64,000 nucleotides of DNA from Planctomycetota bacterium (GCA_028281445.1 JANQJW010000007.1:92694-156693); one strand, 5' to 3'. Shown: positions 28,172-37,549, counted from the first letter of the stretch. A program made the numbers and translations. The notes: generated from the letters alone by a model not told the origin.

Positions 28172-29119
28172 GTGCGCCACGGACCCGCTCCGATCGCGAA
28201 CTCCGCGCTCGCAGGAGTCCTGCTGGGGGCCGTGCTCCTGCCTGCGATCGGCTGCGGGAGCGGCAACGGCGGACCGGCGACGACGCCCATCGTGATCGCG
28301 TGGTACGTCGATGCGGTCGCAGGCAACAACGGCAACCCCGGCACCGAGGCCGAACCGTTCCTGACGCTGACGCACACCCTCTCCGTCGCGCAGGACGGAG
28401 ACGTCGTGAAGGTTCAGCCGGGACGCTACGACAACGAGGCGTTCCCGCTCGTCGTGCCCCCGGGAGTTACGTTGCTCGGGGACGAACCCGGGCGCGGCGA
28501 TCACGCGAACGCCTTCACCGTTATCGAAGGGGTCGGCCCGAGTTTCTTCAACATGTCCGCGACCTTCCAGATGGGACCGCGCTCGTCTCTCGTAGGACTG
28601 AGCATCGTTGCGACGATGCCGGCCGCGGGCGCCGGCGTCGCGGTCATCGTCGCGGAGGACAACGTCGAGATTCGCGCCTGCACGATCCGAAACGCGCACC
28701 GTGATGCCATCTACGTCTCCAATCGCGCCGGATTCCCGCCGGTTCGCGGCGTCGCCATCATCGACAACGACATTCGCGACAACGATGCGGGCTACGGCTT
28801 GATCCTCGTCGGCGAGATCCGCTCGTGCCGGGTCGAGCGCAGTGGGTTCTTTCGGAATCGTGTCGGCGTCGGCGTGTTCTGCGATGAAGCGCCCGATCTG
28901 GGCGGCGGCGCCTACGGCAGCGCCGGCGGCAACTCCCTCGCCGCGAACTTCGAGATGGACCTCGAGGTAAGTCCCGGCTTCGTCGTCTCGGCGCGCGACT
29001 GCTTGTGGGACATGCTCCCGCCGCGTGCGCACGCCGCGTTGGGCCCGCCGGCAGGTGTCGAGATCTGGGTGCCGAACGGTGGGAGCGTGATCACCGACGG
29101 GGCCCTGCCGGTGCCGTGA
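28172..29119 (+). CDS. right-handed parallel beta-helix (DUF1565-like) lipoprotein, paralog of 21400..22362
   Basis: GTG start 6 nt after GGGAGG. It has the signal 'VLLGAVLLPAIGCGSG', 'NNGNPGTEAEPFLTLTHTLSVAQDGDVVKVQPG', and repeated 'N..I..C.I.N' beta-helix rungs. Confidence 0.7.
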   Translation: MRHGPAPIANSALAGVLLGAVLLPAIGCGSGNGGPATTPIVIAWYVDAVAGNNGNPGTEAEPFLTLTHTLSVAQDGDVVKVQPGRYDNEAFPLVVPPGVTLLGDEPGRGDHANAFTVIEGVGPSFFNMSATFQMGPRSSLVGLSIVATMPAAGAGVAVIVAEDNVEIRACTIRNAHRDAIYVSNRAGFPPVRGVAIIDNDIRDNDAGYGLILVGEIRSCRVERSGFFRNRVGVGVFCDEAPDLGGGAYGSAGGNSLAANFEMDLEVSPGFVVSARDCLWDMLPPRAHAALGPPAGVEIWVPNGGSVITDGALPVP

Positions 29120-29232
29120 GCCGCCGCGCGATGACCATGCCGTACGAAGTGCGTTCAATGGCACGCACCGGCTCTACGCAGCGCCTGTGCAAGTGAGGAC
29201 GTTTAGGCGATACGCGCGCCAAGGGAGCTCTC

Positions 29233-29394
29233 ATGAAGCGACGGATCCTTGTTGCGCTGACTGCTGCGCTAGGTGCCCTGTGCCTCGCGACGGCAGCCTG
29301 CGGAAGCTCTGGCAACAGCGGCGGCCCAACGGAAGCAACCGGCAGCAGCCAATGGGACGGCGCAGTCTGGGATGGCGACGCATGGGGGCCTTGA
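29233..29394 (+). CDS. small secreted/lipoprotein (53 aa) with WDG repeats. It is below the ORF-track length cutoff
   Basis: ATG at 29233 with AAGGGAG 6 nt upstream. The sequence is 'MKRRILVALTAALGALCLATAACGSSGNSGGPTEATGSSQWDGAVWDGDAWGP*', with a textbook n/h/c signal-peptide architecture. Confidence 0.4.
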   Translation: MKRRILVALTAALGALCLATAACGSSGNSGGPTEATGSSQWDGAVWDGDAWGP

Positions 29395-29433
29395 GCGGTG
29401 ACCGAGAGTAGTGAGAGAGGAAGGAAGACGGCA

Positions 29434-29931
29434 ATGAGTGGGACAACCAACAAGTTCGTGCTCGTGTGGGCCCTTGCCCTGACGGCATTCATCATCATGG
29501 GGCTCACGGTTCCCAACACGTTCTCGCCGGGGACCACGATCAGCTCGTCCGAGATGAACGAGAACTTCGCGGCGATCGAGGCGGCGATGGACGCGCTCGA
29601 GTCGCCCACACGTCGAGGGACAATCCTGTTGTTCGCGCGGGTCATCGGAGACGACGCCGTTGCTGGCTACGCACCAGGTGCGTACTCCAGCCTTGGGGGG
29701 CTCCTCCCCGTCCCCACGGACCTCGGTACCGGCCACTACCTCATCCCGCTGCCCGGTGGTGAGGACTTCGACATAGACCGCCATGCCGTCGTGATCACAC
29801 CGCTGGCGAACGCGCCCGCGCGCACATACGGCGTGACCGAGGGACTTGACGCAACGGTCCAGGTACGGATCCGCGACGACGCGGGCATGGCTGTTGACGA
29901 CGACTTCCAGATCGTCGTCTTCAACGACTGA
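29434..29931 (+). CDS. membrane-anchored hypothetical protein with tail-fibre-like N-terminal motif
   Basis: ATG at 29434 with GGAAGGAAG 7 nt upstream. It has the TM helix 'FVLVWALALTAFIIMGLTV', then 'TISSSEMNENFAAIEAAMDALE', then a beta-rich C-terminus. Confidence 0.55.
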   Translation: MSGTTNKFVLVWALALTAFIIMGLTVPNTFSPGTTISSSEMNENFAAIEAAMDALESPTRRGTILLFARVIGDDAVAGYAPGAYSSLGGLLPVPTDLGTGHYLIPLPGGEDFDIDRHAVVITPLANAPARTYGVTEGLDATVQVRIRDDAGMAVDDDFQIVVFND

Positions 29932-29943
29932 TGCCTCGCTGAA

Positions 29944-30369
29944 CTAGCCTTCCGGAAGCCACGTCTCATGCACGTGCAGCCAGCGCACGTGATTCGGCAT
30001 GGCCGGGTTGCGTTGGAACACGGCCGTGCTCAGGCGGCCGCGCGTCTCGTTACCGAGCGTCTGCCACTCTTCGTACGTCGTGATCACGGTGTTGCCCTCG
30101 ATGCGGCGACACTGGAAGTTCTCGATCCAGATCCGGAACTCGACGTCCTTGTGCTGCGCGTGATTGGCGCGGAGCCCTCGCAGCAGGTCCTCGCGCGCAA
30201 TCGCGTTCCCAGAGGGCGCGATCAAAGTGAACCCAGGTGCGAGCGTATCCTCGAAGGCCGACCACGCCGCATCCGTGTCCGGCAGCTCACCCTTGAACCA
30301 CCACACGAAGAAGCGGTGTGCTTCGGTGATCTCGGTGATGCAATCCGTTGCAATCTGCTGATCGATCAT
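29944..30369 (-). CDS. NTF2-like/SnoaL-like (DUF4440-type) small protein
   Basis: 141 aa. The composition and length are typical of the NTF2-like fold. Confidence 0.6.
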   Translation of the reverse strand: MIDQQIATDCITEITEAHRFFVWWFKGELPDTDAAWSAFEDTLAPGFTLIAPSGNAIAREDLLRGLRANHAQHKDVEFRIWIENFQCRRIEGNTVITTYEEWQTLGNETRGRLSTAVFQRNPAMPNHVRWLHVHETWLPEG

Positions 30370-30392
30370 CGCCGGAAGCGTATCGTGAAGCG

Positions 30393-31256
30393 ATGGCCGA
30401 GGTTCGGGAACTACGACCGGGAGACGAAGAGCCGCTCGAGCGCTTTCTCGTGCAGCACCCCGACACCACGATGTTCCTCCGCAACAACTGGCGCGAGGGG
30501 GGGCTGGCGCCGGGAACGGAGCGCTGCCAGGGCACGTGGGCCGGCGCCTTCGAGGGAGAGGATGTCGTCGCGGCCGGGGCGTTGTTCTGGAACGGCAACG
30601 TGATGGTCGAGGGGGAGGAGCACCTGGAAGACGTCACGCGCACCGCCGTGCGCGGGGCGGCGCGGCCTGCGCAGGGCGTCATCGGCACGCCCGCGCAGGT
30701 GTCGGCGGTTCGTGCATGCCTCGGGCTGGAGGACCGCGCCACGTATCTCGACTCCGTGGAAGATCTGTTCTCGCTCGACCTCGCGAACCTGCGCGTGCCC
30801 GAAGCGCTTGCTTCGGGCGTCGTCATGTGCCGGTACACGCAAGAGGCCGACGTGCCGACGCTCATCGAGTGGAGGACCGCGTACACCATCGAGGCGCTCA
30901 ACCTCCCTGAAGAGCACGCCATGGTCGAGGACATCGAAGAGCGCGTGCGCAGCCGGGTCGGCACGGGCGATCACTACGTGCTGGAGGCGGACGGCGCGAT
31001 CGTCGCGATGACGGCCTGGAACGCCAAGGTCCCGGACTGCTACCAGGTCGGCGGGGTCTACACACCGCCGCCGTTGCGCTCGCGTGGGTACGCGCGCAGT
31101 GCCGTGGGCGGCAGCCTGTTGGACGCGCGCTCCGGTGGTGTCGCACGCTCGATCCTCTTCACGCCGCAAGACAACGCCGCAGCCCGGGCCTGTTACCTGG
31201 GCCTCGGCTACGAGATCGTGGGCCTCTATCAGATCGTCGGGTTCGAGGACGAGTAG
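30393..31256 (+). CDS. GNAT family N-acetyltransferase (tandem GNAT-like domains)
   Basis: The internal ATG at 30393 (MAEVRELRPGDEEPLERFL) avoids overlap with the divergent neighbour. The C-terminal half has the 'RSRGYARSAVGGSL' acetyl-CoA binding loop. Confidence 0.7.
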   Translation: MAEVRELRPGDEEPLERFLVQHPDTTMFLRNNWREGGLAPGTERCQGTWAGAFEGEDVVAAGALFWNGNVMVEGEEHLEDVTRTAVRGAARPAQGVIGTPAQVSAVRACLGLEDRATYLDSVEDLFSLDLANLRVPEALASGVVMCRYTQEADVPTLIEWRTAYTIEALNLPEEHAMVEDIEERVRSRVGTGDHYVLEADGAIVAMTAWNAKVPDCYQVGGVYTPPPLRSRGYARSAVGGSLLDARSGGVARSILFTPQDNAAARACYLGLGYEIVGLYQIVGFEDE

Positions 31257-32686
31257 TCCTCGCGCGTCGACCCGGCCCAGGCGACGGCGAACGCCGCGGC
31301 CCACGCCACGACGTTGCGCGTGAAGAGCTCGTAGTCCTTGTTGCCGAAGAGGTCGTCGTAGAGCGTGTAGCTGCCCACCGCGAGCAGGAAGCCGGTCGCC
31401 ATCGCCGTAAAGATCCACGGCGTCCTGATGCGCCGGCCGAGGACCACGCGCACGAGCAGGAGCGGGCCGAACGCCGCACCCACGGCGGCCCAGCCAAAGA
31501 GCACGCGCGAGAAGATCTCCTTCGTGCCCGTCAAGGCCGCCAGTGCGGCCCCTGTCGTGAGCAGCAGCACCGCGAGGCGCGAGCGCAGCAGGGTCTGCCG
31601 CGGCGTCTTGCCTTCGAGGCCGCAGTCGTGCACGACGGTCGACGATGCCACGAGGAGCTGGCTGTCCGCCGTCGACATGATCGCGGAGAGCACGGCGGCG
31701 AGCATGATGCCGCCGACCACCGGGTTGAACAGGTCGGTCGTGACCTGGATGAAGATCGTCTCCTTGTCGTCGAGGATGGGCACGAGCACGCGGCCGCACA
31801 GGCCAAGCAGGATCATTCCGGTGTAGATGATCAAAGCCCACGTAACCGCGATGCGCCGCGCGTGTGCGACGCTGTTCTTCTCGTCGCGCAGCGCCATGAA
31901 GTACTTCACGACATGCGGCTGACCCGGATAGCCGAGGCCGATGCCCAGGATCCCGAGCACGAAGCCGATCGCGAGGATTCCCGCGCGCGGCCCGGCTAGC
32001 TGCCCGTAGCCCTCGACAGGCACCGCCGTCATCGCTTCACCGAGCTGTGCGAGGCCTCCCACCTCGATCAGCGCGGCAGAGGGAAGGATGATCGCGGTCA
32101 GTGCCATCATCAATCCTTGCAGCGTGTCGGTGATACCGACAGCCCAGAGCCCGCCGAGCATCGTGTAGAGCAGGATCACGGCAGCACCGATCACGACCGC
32201 GACCCACATCTCGATTCCGAAGATCGTTCCGAAGATCTTGCCTGCCCCTTGGAACTGGGACGCGACGTAGGCGCCGAGCGAAAGCAGGATGATGAACGCC
32301 GCGAGCCAGAGCACGGCGCGGCGGCCGCGCCCGCGGGATCCAAAGGTCAGGACGTCGGCGATCGTCTTCGTGCCCGTGCGATGGCTGAAGCGCTGCAATG
32401 CAGGCGCGAGCACGAACCAGTTCAGCACGAAGCCGCCGACACAGGCCGGAAGCAACCAAAGCGCCGAGAGACCCCACGCCCACGCGGCGCCGCTCACGCC
32501 CAGCAGGGTCCACACCGAGGACGAGCTGGCCGAGGCACCGACGGCGGCGACGAGCGGTCCGAGTCCACGCCCGCCGAGGAAGAAGTCCGTGCCGTCCCTG
32601 GTCCGGCGTTGCGCCAGGATCCCGATGACGAGCAGGACCGCCATGTACACACACAGCGTGACGAGGATGACGGCCTCACGCGACAT
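31229..32686 (-). CDS. sodium:solute symporter (SSF/PutP-like) family transporter
   Basis: The 485-aa C-terminal part of ORF 31229..33685 begins at the ATG at 32684-86 (MSREAVILVTLCVYMAV). It has about 13 TM helices and the 'FFLGGR' and 'GGLWAV..TD' SSF motifs. Confidence 0.85.
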   Translation of the reverse strand: MSREAVILVTLCVYMAVLLVIGILAQRRTRDGTDFFLGGRGLGPLVAAVGASASSSSVWTLLGVSGAAWAWGLSALWLLPACVGGFVLNWFVLAPALQRFSHRTGTKTIADVLTFGSRGRGRRAVLWLAAFIILLSLGAYVASQFQGAGKIFGTIFGIEMWVAVVIGAAVILLYTMLGGLWAVGITDTLQGLMMALTAIILPSAALIEVGGLAQLGEAMTAVPVEGYGQLAGPRAGILAIGFVLGILGIGLGYPGQPHVVKYFMALRDEKNSVAHARRIAVTWALIIYTGMILLGLCGRVLVPILDDKETIFIQVTTDLFNPVVGGIMLAAVLSAIMSTADSQLLVASSTVVHDCGLEGKTPRQTLLRSRLAVLLLTTGAALAALTGTKEIFSRVLFGWAAVGAAFGPLLLVRVVLGRRIRTPWIFTAMATGFLLAVGSYTLYDDLFGNKDYELFTRNVVAWAAAFAVAWAGSTREDYSSSNPTI

Positions 32687-32749
32687 CGCGCGGCATCCTA
32701 CGGGAATCACGGCTTGAGGCGCGGGTGCGAACTCCGGTACTGTGCGCTC

Positions 32750-33790
32750 ATGCGATTCGCCGTTGTTGTTGGAGTGCTGGCTCTTCTCGTCTCTGCCGCA
32801 TGGTCCGAGACGCCGCCGAAGCCGGACTTCGATCGGGTCGATCACAGCAAGCCCAAGAAGGCGCTGGCGCTCTCTTCGAAGTTCGGTAGTGCGAGCGAGA
32901 TCAAGAAGATCGCCAAGGGGCTCAAGGCGGACGATCCGGTCGAGACCATTCGCGCCGTCGATGCGTGGATCAAGGCGAACTTCGCCTACAACGCGGAGCA
33001 CTTCGACCGCTGGCGCAACTTCAAGCAGATGCGCAAGGACGGGACGTTCGGCGGCTGCGCCGATCACGCGGTCCTCTTCGGTCATCTGACGCGGGCCGCC
33101 GGCATCCCGACGGTCTTCGTCAAGACGATGGACTGCTTCTGGATCCGCGCGTTCGCCGCCGGCCTGCTGATGCCGAGCTGGAGTGGACACTGCTTCCTGG
33201 AGGTGCACATCGACGGCAAATGGGCGTTGCTCGACGCGTCGATGATGAAGCTCTACCGCGACTACGACCCGCAGACGCGGATCCTCCCCGGGTGCCGCTA
33301 CGCCTACGACAAGGGCCTCGAGCCGTACAAGCTGGTCAAGTCCGTGCGCTGGGAGCTCTGGAAGCGCCAGACCGAGGCGCACTTCAAGGACTTCGACGTG
33401 ACAAAGCTGCCTGTGGGAGACGGGGAGGTGCTCGCCTCGCAGCGTGCGTTCGTTGCCGCAGACGGCCCGTACTACCTGTGGCTGCGCGAGCGTTGCAAGG
33501 CACTCGGCCTCGGAGCGCCGGGCGGCTTCAACAACGACTTCTACAACCGCCTTCGTAGAGCCAGCGGCCGGCTCCTGGTCGTGACATGCGTGGGCGAGCG
33601 GCTGGTCTTTCCGAAGCAGATCGCCAAGGGCTATCTGCCGATGACGATGGAGCAGATCCAGGCTGCCCTGAAGGACGAGCCCCACGGGGCAGCTCGCGGC
33701 AGGGCGTGGGACGGCACCACGGTCGTGCTTCTCTACGCCCGCGACCAGGCCGCGATGCGCAAGGCGGTCGACGCGTTCCAGTTCCCGTAG
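32750..33790 (+). CDS. secreted transglutaminase-like (papain-fold Cys-His-Asp) domain protein
   Basis: 346 aa from the ATG at 32750, with signal peptide. It has the TGase-core 'GGCADHAVLFGHLTRAAGIP' catalytic Cys and a downstream 'GHCFLEVH' His. Confidence 0.75.
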   Translation: MRFAVVVGVLALLVSAAWSETPPKPDFDRVDHSKPKKALALSSKFGSASEIKKIAKGLKADDPVETIRAVDAWIKANFAYNAEHFDRWRNFKQMRKDGTFGGCADHAVLFGHLTRAAGIPTVFVKTMDCFWIRAFAAGLLMPSWSGHCFLEVHIDGKWALLDASMMKLYRDYDPQTRILPGCRYAYDKGLEPYKLVKSVRWELWKRQTEAHFKDFDVTKLPVGDGEVLASQRAFVAADGPYYLWLRERCKALGLGAPGGFNNDFYNRLRRASGRLLVVTCVGERLVFPKQIAKGYLPMTMEQIQAALKDEPHGAARGRAWDGTTVVLLYARDQAAMRKAVDAFQFP

Positions 33791-33799
33791 GATCGCGGT

Positions 33800-35065
33800 A
33801 TGCGCTACGTCCTCCTGTTCATCGCCCTGCTGTTCGTCTTCGCGTGGGGCGCCGCCGCAGACGAGCGCGAAATCGAAGACGTCGAGTGGATGACCGACCT
33901 CGCCGCAGCCGGGGCCAAGGCCAGGGAGGAGGGACGACCGCTACTGGTCGTCTTCCGCTGAGAACCGTGAAAGGACTGCGGTCCGTTCGACAGGCAGGTT
34001 GCCCGTTCCACACCTGAGCTTACCGAAGCCGCCAAGCGATACGTCTGTGCGCGTGTGACGAACATGGCCGGCGTCGACATCCATGTGTTCGACTTCGACT
34101 TCGACCTGACCTTCTGCGTCTTGCTGATGAACGCCGACGGGACGATCTACCACACCTACGGCGGGCGGGACTGGACCGATCCGCAGTCCCACCTCTCGAT
34201 GAAGGCATTTGTCGACGTGCTCCGGAAGACCGTGCGCGAGCACGAGGCGTACAGCGCGGATCCCAGGCCGCCCAAGAAGCGCCCGAAGCTCACCGTCGAG
34301 CGGATTCCTCCGATGGCGGAGCGTATCCGCAAAGGCAAGCAGCCAACGTGCTACCACTGCCACACGGTTCACGACATGCTTCACGAAGACCGCAAGCAGC
34401 GCGGAGCCTGGAAGCGCGCGGACACCTGGATCTGGCCGGATCCGGTTGAGGTGGGGCTGCGTCTCGACAAGGAGAAGCAAGCCGTGGTGCGCGCGGTCGA
34501 GGCCAAGAGCGCGGCTGCCAGAGCGGGGATTCGTCCCACGGATCGCTTGACGAGTCTCGGCGGGCGGCGGGTTCTGACCTTCGGCGACGTGCAGCGAGTG
34601 CTGGACGAGGCCCCGCACGGCGCGACGTCGATTCCCGTCACATGGATGCGTGCGGAGGGCGAGAAGAGGGGCGCGCTGCGGCTGCCGGCGCAGTGGAAGG
34701 AGGCGGATCCGCGTGTCTACGCGTGGCGGCCCTCGAAGTGGCCGCTCTCGCCCAAGCCGGGCTTCGGTGGACGCGAGCTGAAACGTGGCGAGCTCACCAA
34801 GCTCGGTCTTGCGGAGGACGCCTTCGCGTTTCGCGTCGGCTACGTCGTGACGTGGGGCCCGAACGCGCATACCGGGCGCAACGCGCGCAAGGCGGGCATT
34901 CGTAAGGGCGACATCGTCACGTCCATCGGAGGCAAGGTCGACTTCGACAGCGTGTCGCACTTCCACGCCTGGTTCCGGCTCACGCAGAAGGCCGGTAGCA
35001 AGGTCGAGATCGTGCGCTACCGCAAGGGCAAGAAGGCCGTGCTCACCATGGACGTGATCGAGTAG
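33800..35065 (+). CDS. thioredoxin-like (Thioredoxin_7/DsbD-gamma-like) plus tandem PDZ domain protein containing two in-frame TGA codons (33959-61, 33968-70). It is either a candidate selenoprotein or a disrupted gene
   Basis: ATG at 33800 encodes a signal peptide plus 'WMTDLAAAGAKAREEGRPLLVVFR'. The frame then reads TGA-E-P-TGA-KDCGPFDRQVARSTPEL... and continues uninterrupted into ORF-track 34055..35065 (PDZ x2). The recoding interpretation is unproven. Confidence 0.5.
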
Positions 35066-35079
35066 AGAGCCGCAGGCAC

Positions 35080-37461
35080 TCAATGGCCTTTTAGCTCCTT
35101 GGGCATGTTGCCGTCTTTCAGCTTGATGTTGAGGACCTCAATCGTGTTCGGGTGGACGCGCAGGTCCTGGATCCACCACTGCGGCGGTCCGGGCACGTCC
35201 TTGTGCACGATCCGGACCGTGTAGAGGCCCGCAGGCAGCTGGGCCTGCAGTGCGCCGTGGGATCCCGTCTTGTGCGTGACGGACACCGGCTTCCCGGGCA
35301 CGCGCCCGCCGCGCCGTTCCCAGAACCACACCTTGACGCCCCCGACGCGACGGTTCCAGGCATCGGTCAGCAAGACACGCACTGTGCCCGCGCGCTCGAT
35401 CTCGAAGTCCTGCCGCGTGTACTGGCTCGTTGGATGCATCACGAACTCGCGCGTGCCATAGCCACGCGCCGACACACGGATGTTGACCTTCTTGTTGACC
35501 GGGATGTTGCGTAGCTCGAAGTCGCCGGCGCTGTCCGTCCGGCGGTACTGCGCCGACCACGGCTCCGCGACCTCGACCTTGATGCCGCGCAGCGGCTGCT
35601 TGCGCCCATCCACGACGCGGCCCTTCAACGGATTGGCCGCTTCAAAGGCCAGGAGGCCCAGGTCGCGCGTCTCTTCCGAGGCCCACGGCGAGCGCTCGAG
35701 GTGCAGGATCGGGGGGAGTCCCTTGGTCTTGAACACGTACATCGGCGGGGGCGAGAACGCTGCCGGCCCGCGCCGCAGGAAGCCCTTCTCCTTGTCGAGC
35801 CACAGCTCGCCATAGTCGGTCTTGCGGCCCGGCACGACGCTCGCGTAGACGGTCGAGCCCTTGGGTAAGTCCGGGAACCGGCCCTTGACGCGCGTGCCGT
35901 CGAAGAGCGTGATCTCCATGCGTGGGCTACCCGGCGCGACGCTGTCGACATGCTTGCGCTCGTAGGACCACTTCGTCGTCGGGACGTCGTAGGCGACGAC
36001 ACCCAGGATGCCGCTCGGTCGCGTGAGCCCGTCGATGCGGAAGTCGCCCTTCGTGTCGGTCTTCACCCGCACGAACTCGGTCTTGTCGTACGAACGCCAC
36101 GACACCTTTGCCATCCAGATCGCCTCGCCGCGCTTGTTGCGGACCGTGCCGAGGATCTGCTTGCCGCGAGGGATCCGGATGTCGAGCTTCTCGACGTGCG
36201 CCGCACGGAGCTCGACCTTCTCGCGGTGAGACGGCGCGTTGCGGCGACTCGCCTCTACGACGTAGTGCCCCGGCGTCATCCCCTTGAACGACCAGTGCCC
36301 GATGCCGACGCTGTCTCTCGGGTAGATCGGGAAGACGTGCCGGCCGCTGCGTAGGGTGATCTCGATGCCGCTGAAGGGCTCCCCGCGCAAGTCCGCGACG
36401 CGCACCTCCAGCTCGGACGTCTTCGAGAGGTGAATCGTGGCCTCGGCCTTCTCCGTCGTCATCGCGTAGGTCGGCATGCTCCATGCGTAGTGCCGGTCGG
36501 TAGGCAGCGCGATGGCCTGCAGCAGCGTCTGCAGCGGTACCGCCTTGAACGCGCAGCGGCCCTCGGCGTCCGTGCGCCCGCGCGGTGTGCGGGCGTCGAG
36601 CATCTCGAGCGTTTCGTCCTTCGGCTCCCACGCACCCCGGTGGATACCCGGCGGCGTGCCCGGCGGCAGGAGCTGCACCTCCACGTTGGGTACCGGCTTG
36701 TCCTTCTCGTTGAGGACGACGACTTCGAGCTCCGCGCCTTCTCCGATGGTGAGTTCGTAGTCCTCGCGCGGTCGCTCGAAGTTCTCGCGCTTGCGCAAGG
36801 GGACGTAGCCCTCGACCTGTGCGATCAGCGTGAGGGGGTGGTTCGGTCGGACGCCATGGATTTCGAAGCGCCCCTCTTCGTCCGTGACAGGCGAGGCGAT
36901 CTCGAATCCGAGGTCCTCGTCGAACGTGTGGATCACCCCGCCTTGCAGCGGCTTCGTCGTACGAAAGTCGAACAAGCGCCCCTTGATGGTGATGCCCGGC
37001 TGGAGGGCGACCTCGTTGTCGCGTCGCGACGTCGCCAGACCGCGGTGGGGCACGAAACCCGCCTTGCCCGCGCGGAACACGAACTCGCGCTCGTCGACCT
37101 CCACCTCCAAGACGCCGTCGTCCTCGGTCTCGCCCAGGGACACGCCTTCATCGGTCGCGATCTCGACGCCGCCCAACGGCGCCGCTGTCTCGGTGGAGAC
37201 CACGGCGAATCGGAAGCGCCAGGGCCCCGTCTCGACGGGGACCGTCGCGGCCTGGTCCTCTACGGCTTCCCCGCCGCGCGGCGCGGGGCCGGACTCCAGC
37301 GTCGGCGCGCTGCGCCGGGCTGCTTCCGCTTCCTCACGCTCCAGCGCGTCGATGCCGCCGCCCGCTGAGAGGTCGTCGTCCGCGGTCGGGTCGCCTGCGA
37401 GGAGCAGCCAGAGCGCGGCTGCGGCAAGCAGGACTCCAGCGCCGATCCACGCGCGTGTCAA
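35080..37461 (-). CDS. membrane-anchored giant protein with tandem carboxypeptidase regulatory-like domains
   Basis: The ORF track gives 35080..37668. A probable TTG start at 37459-61 ('LTRAWIGAGVLLAAAALWLLLAG') has GGAGAG upstream, and the region upstream of it is Arg-rich junk. Repeated 'GRLFDFRTTKPLQGGVIH' and 'GRVVDGRKQPLRGIKVEV' units are present. Confidence 0.7.
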   Translation of the reverse strand: MTRAWIGAGVLLAAAALWLLLAGDPTADDDLSAGGGIDALEREEAEAARRSAPTLESGPAPRGGEAVEDQAATVPVETGPWRFRFAVVSTETAAPLGGVEIATDEGVSLGETEDDGVLEVEVDEREFVFRAGKAGFVPHRGLATSRRDNEVALQPGITIKGRLFDFRTTKPLQGGVIHTFDEDLGFEIASPVTDEEGRFEIHGVRPNHPLTLIAQVEGYVPLRKRENFERPREDYELTIGEGAELEVVVLNEKDKPVPNVEVQLLPPGTPPGIHRGAWEPKDETLEMLDARTPRGRTDAEGRCAFKAVPLQTLLQAIALPTDRHYAWSMPTYAMTTEKAEATIHLSKTSELEVRVADLRGEPFSGIEITLRSGRHVFPIYPRDSVGIGHWSFKGMTPGHYVVEASRRNAPSHREKVELRAAHVEKLDIRIPRGKQILGTVRNKRGEAIWMAKVSWRSYDKTEFVRVKTDTKGDFRIDGLTRPSGILGVVAYDVPTTKWSYERKHVDSVAPGSPRMEITLFDGTRVKGRFPDLPKGSTVYASVVPGRKTDYGELWLDKEKGFLRRGPAAFSPPPMYVFKTKGLPPILHLERSPWASEETRDLGLLAFEAANPLKGRVVDGRKQPLRGIKVEVAEPWSAQYRRTDSAGDFELRNIPVNKKVNIRVSARGYGTREFVMHPTSQYTRQDFEIERAGTVRVLLTDAWNRRVGGVKVWFWERRGGRVPGKPVSVTHKTGSHGALQAQLPAGLYTVRIVHKDVPGPPQWWIQDLRVHPNTIEVLNIKLKDGNMPKELKGH

Positions 37462-37549
37462 AACAGCTGCACTCTCCGAGTTCCTCCGGGCTCCCTGTTC
37501 AGACGCCGCGGAGTATACGATTCCTCCCCTTGAACCCCTGGAGGTCGAG

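Noticed and set aside
29187-29411. 74-aa Cys-rich ORF (DPCCADCCARCPVP) overlapping the small lipoprotein ORF in another frame
   Set aside because: It has no RBS or signal logic. The overlapping frame at 29233-29394 has a strong RBS and a canonical signal peptide, so I preferred it. Both calls remain low confidence
29434-29931. Prophage remnant suggested by the tail-fibre-like N-terminal motif
   Set aside because: No capsid, terminase, integrase or other phage genes are within 10 kb. The flanking genes are ordinary chromosomal ones
33959-33970. Alternative genetic code (TGA read as Trp or Gly) to explain the in-frame TGAs
   Set aside because: Many well-supported genes in this window terminate at TGA (for example the sigma factor, the histidine kinase and the ABC permease), so TGA is a normal stop here
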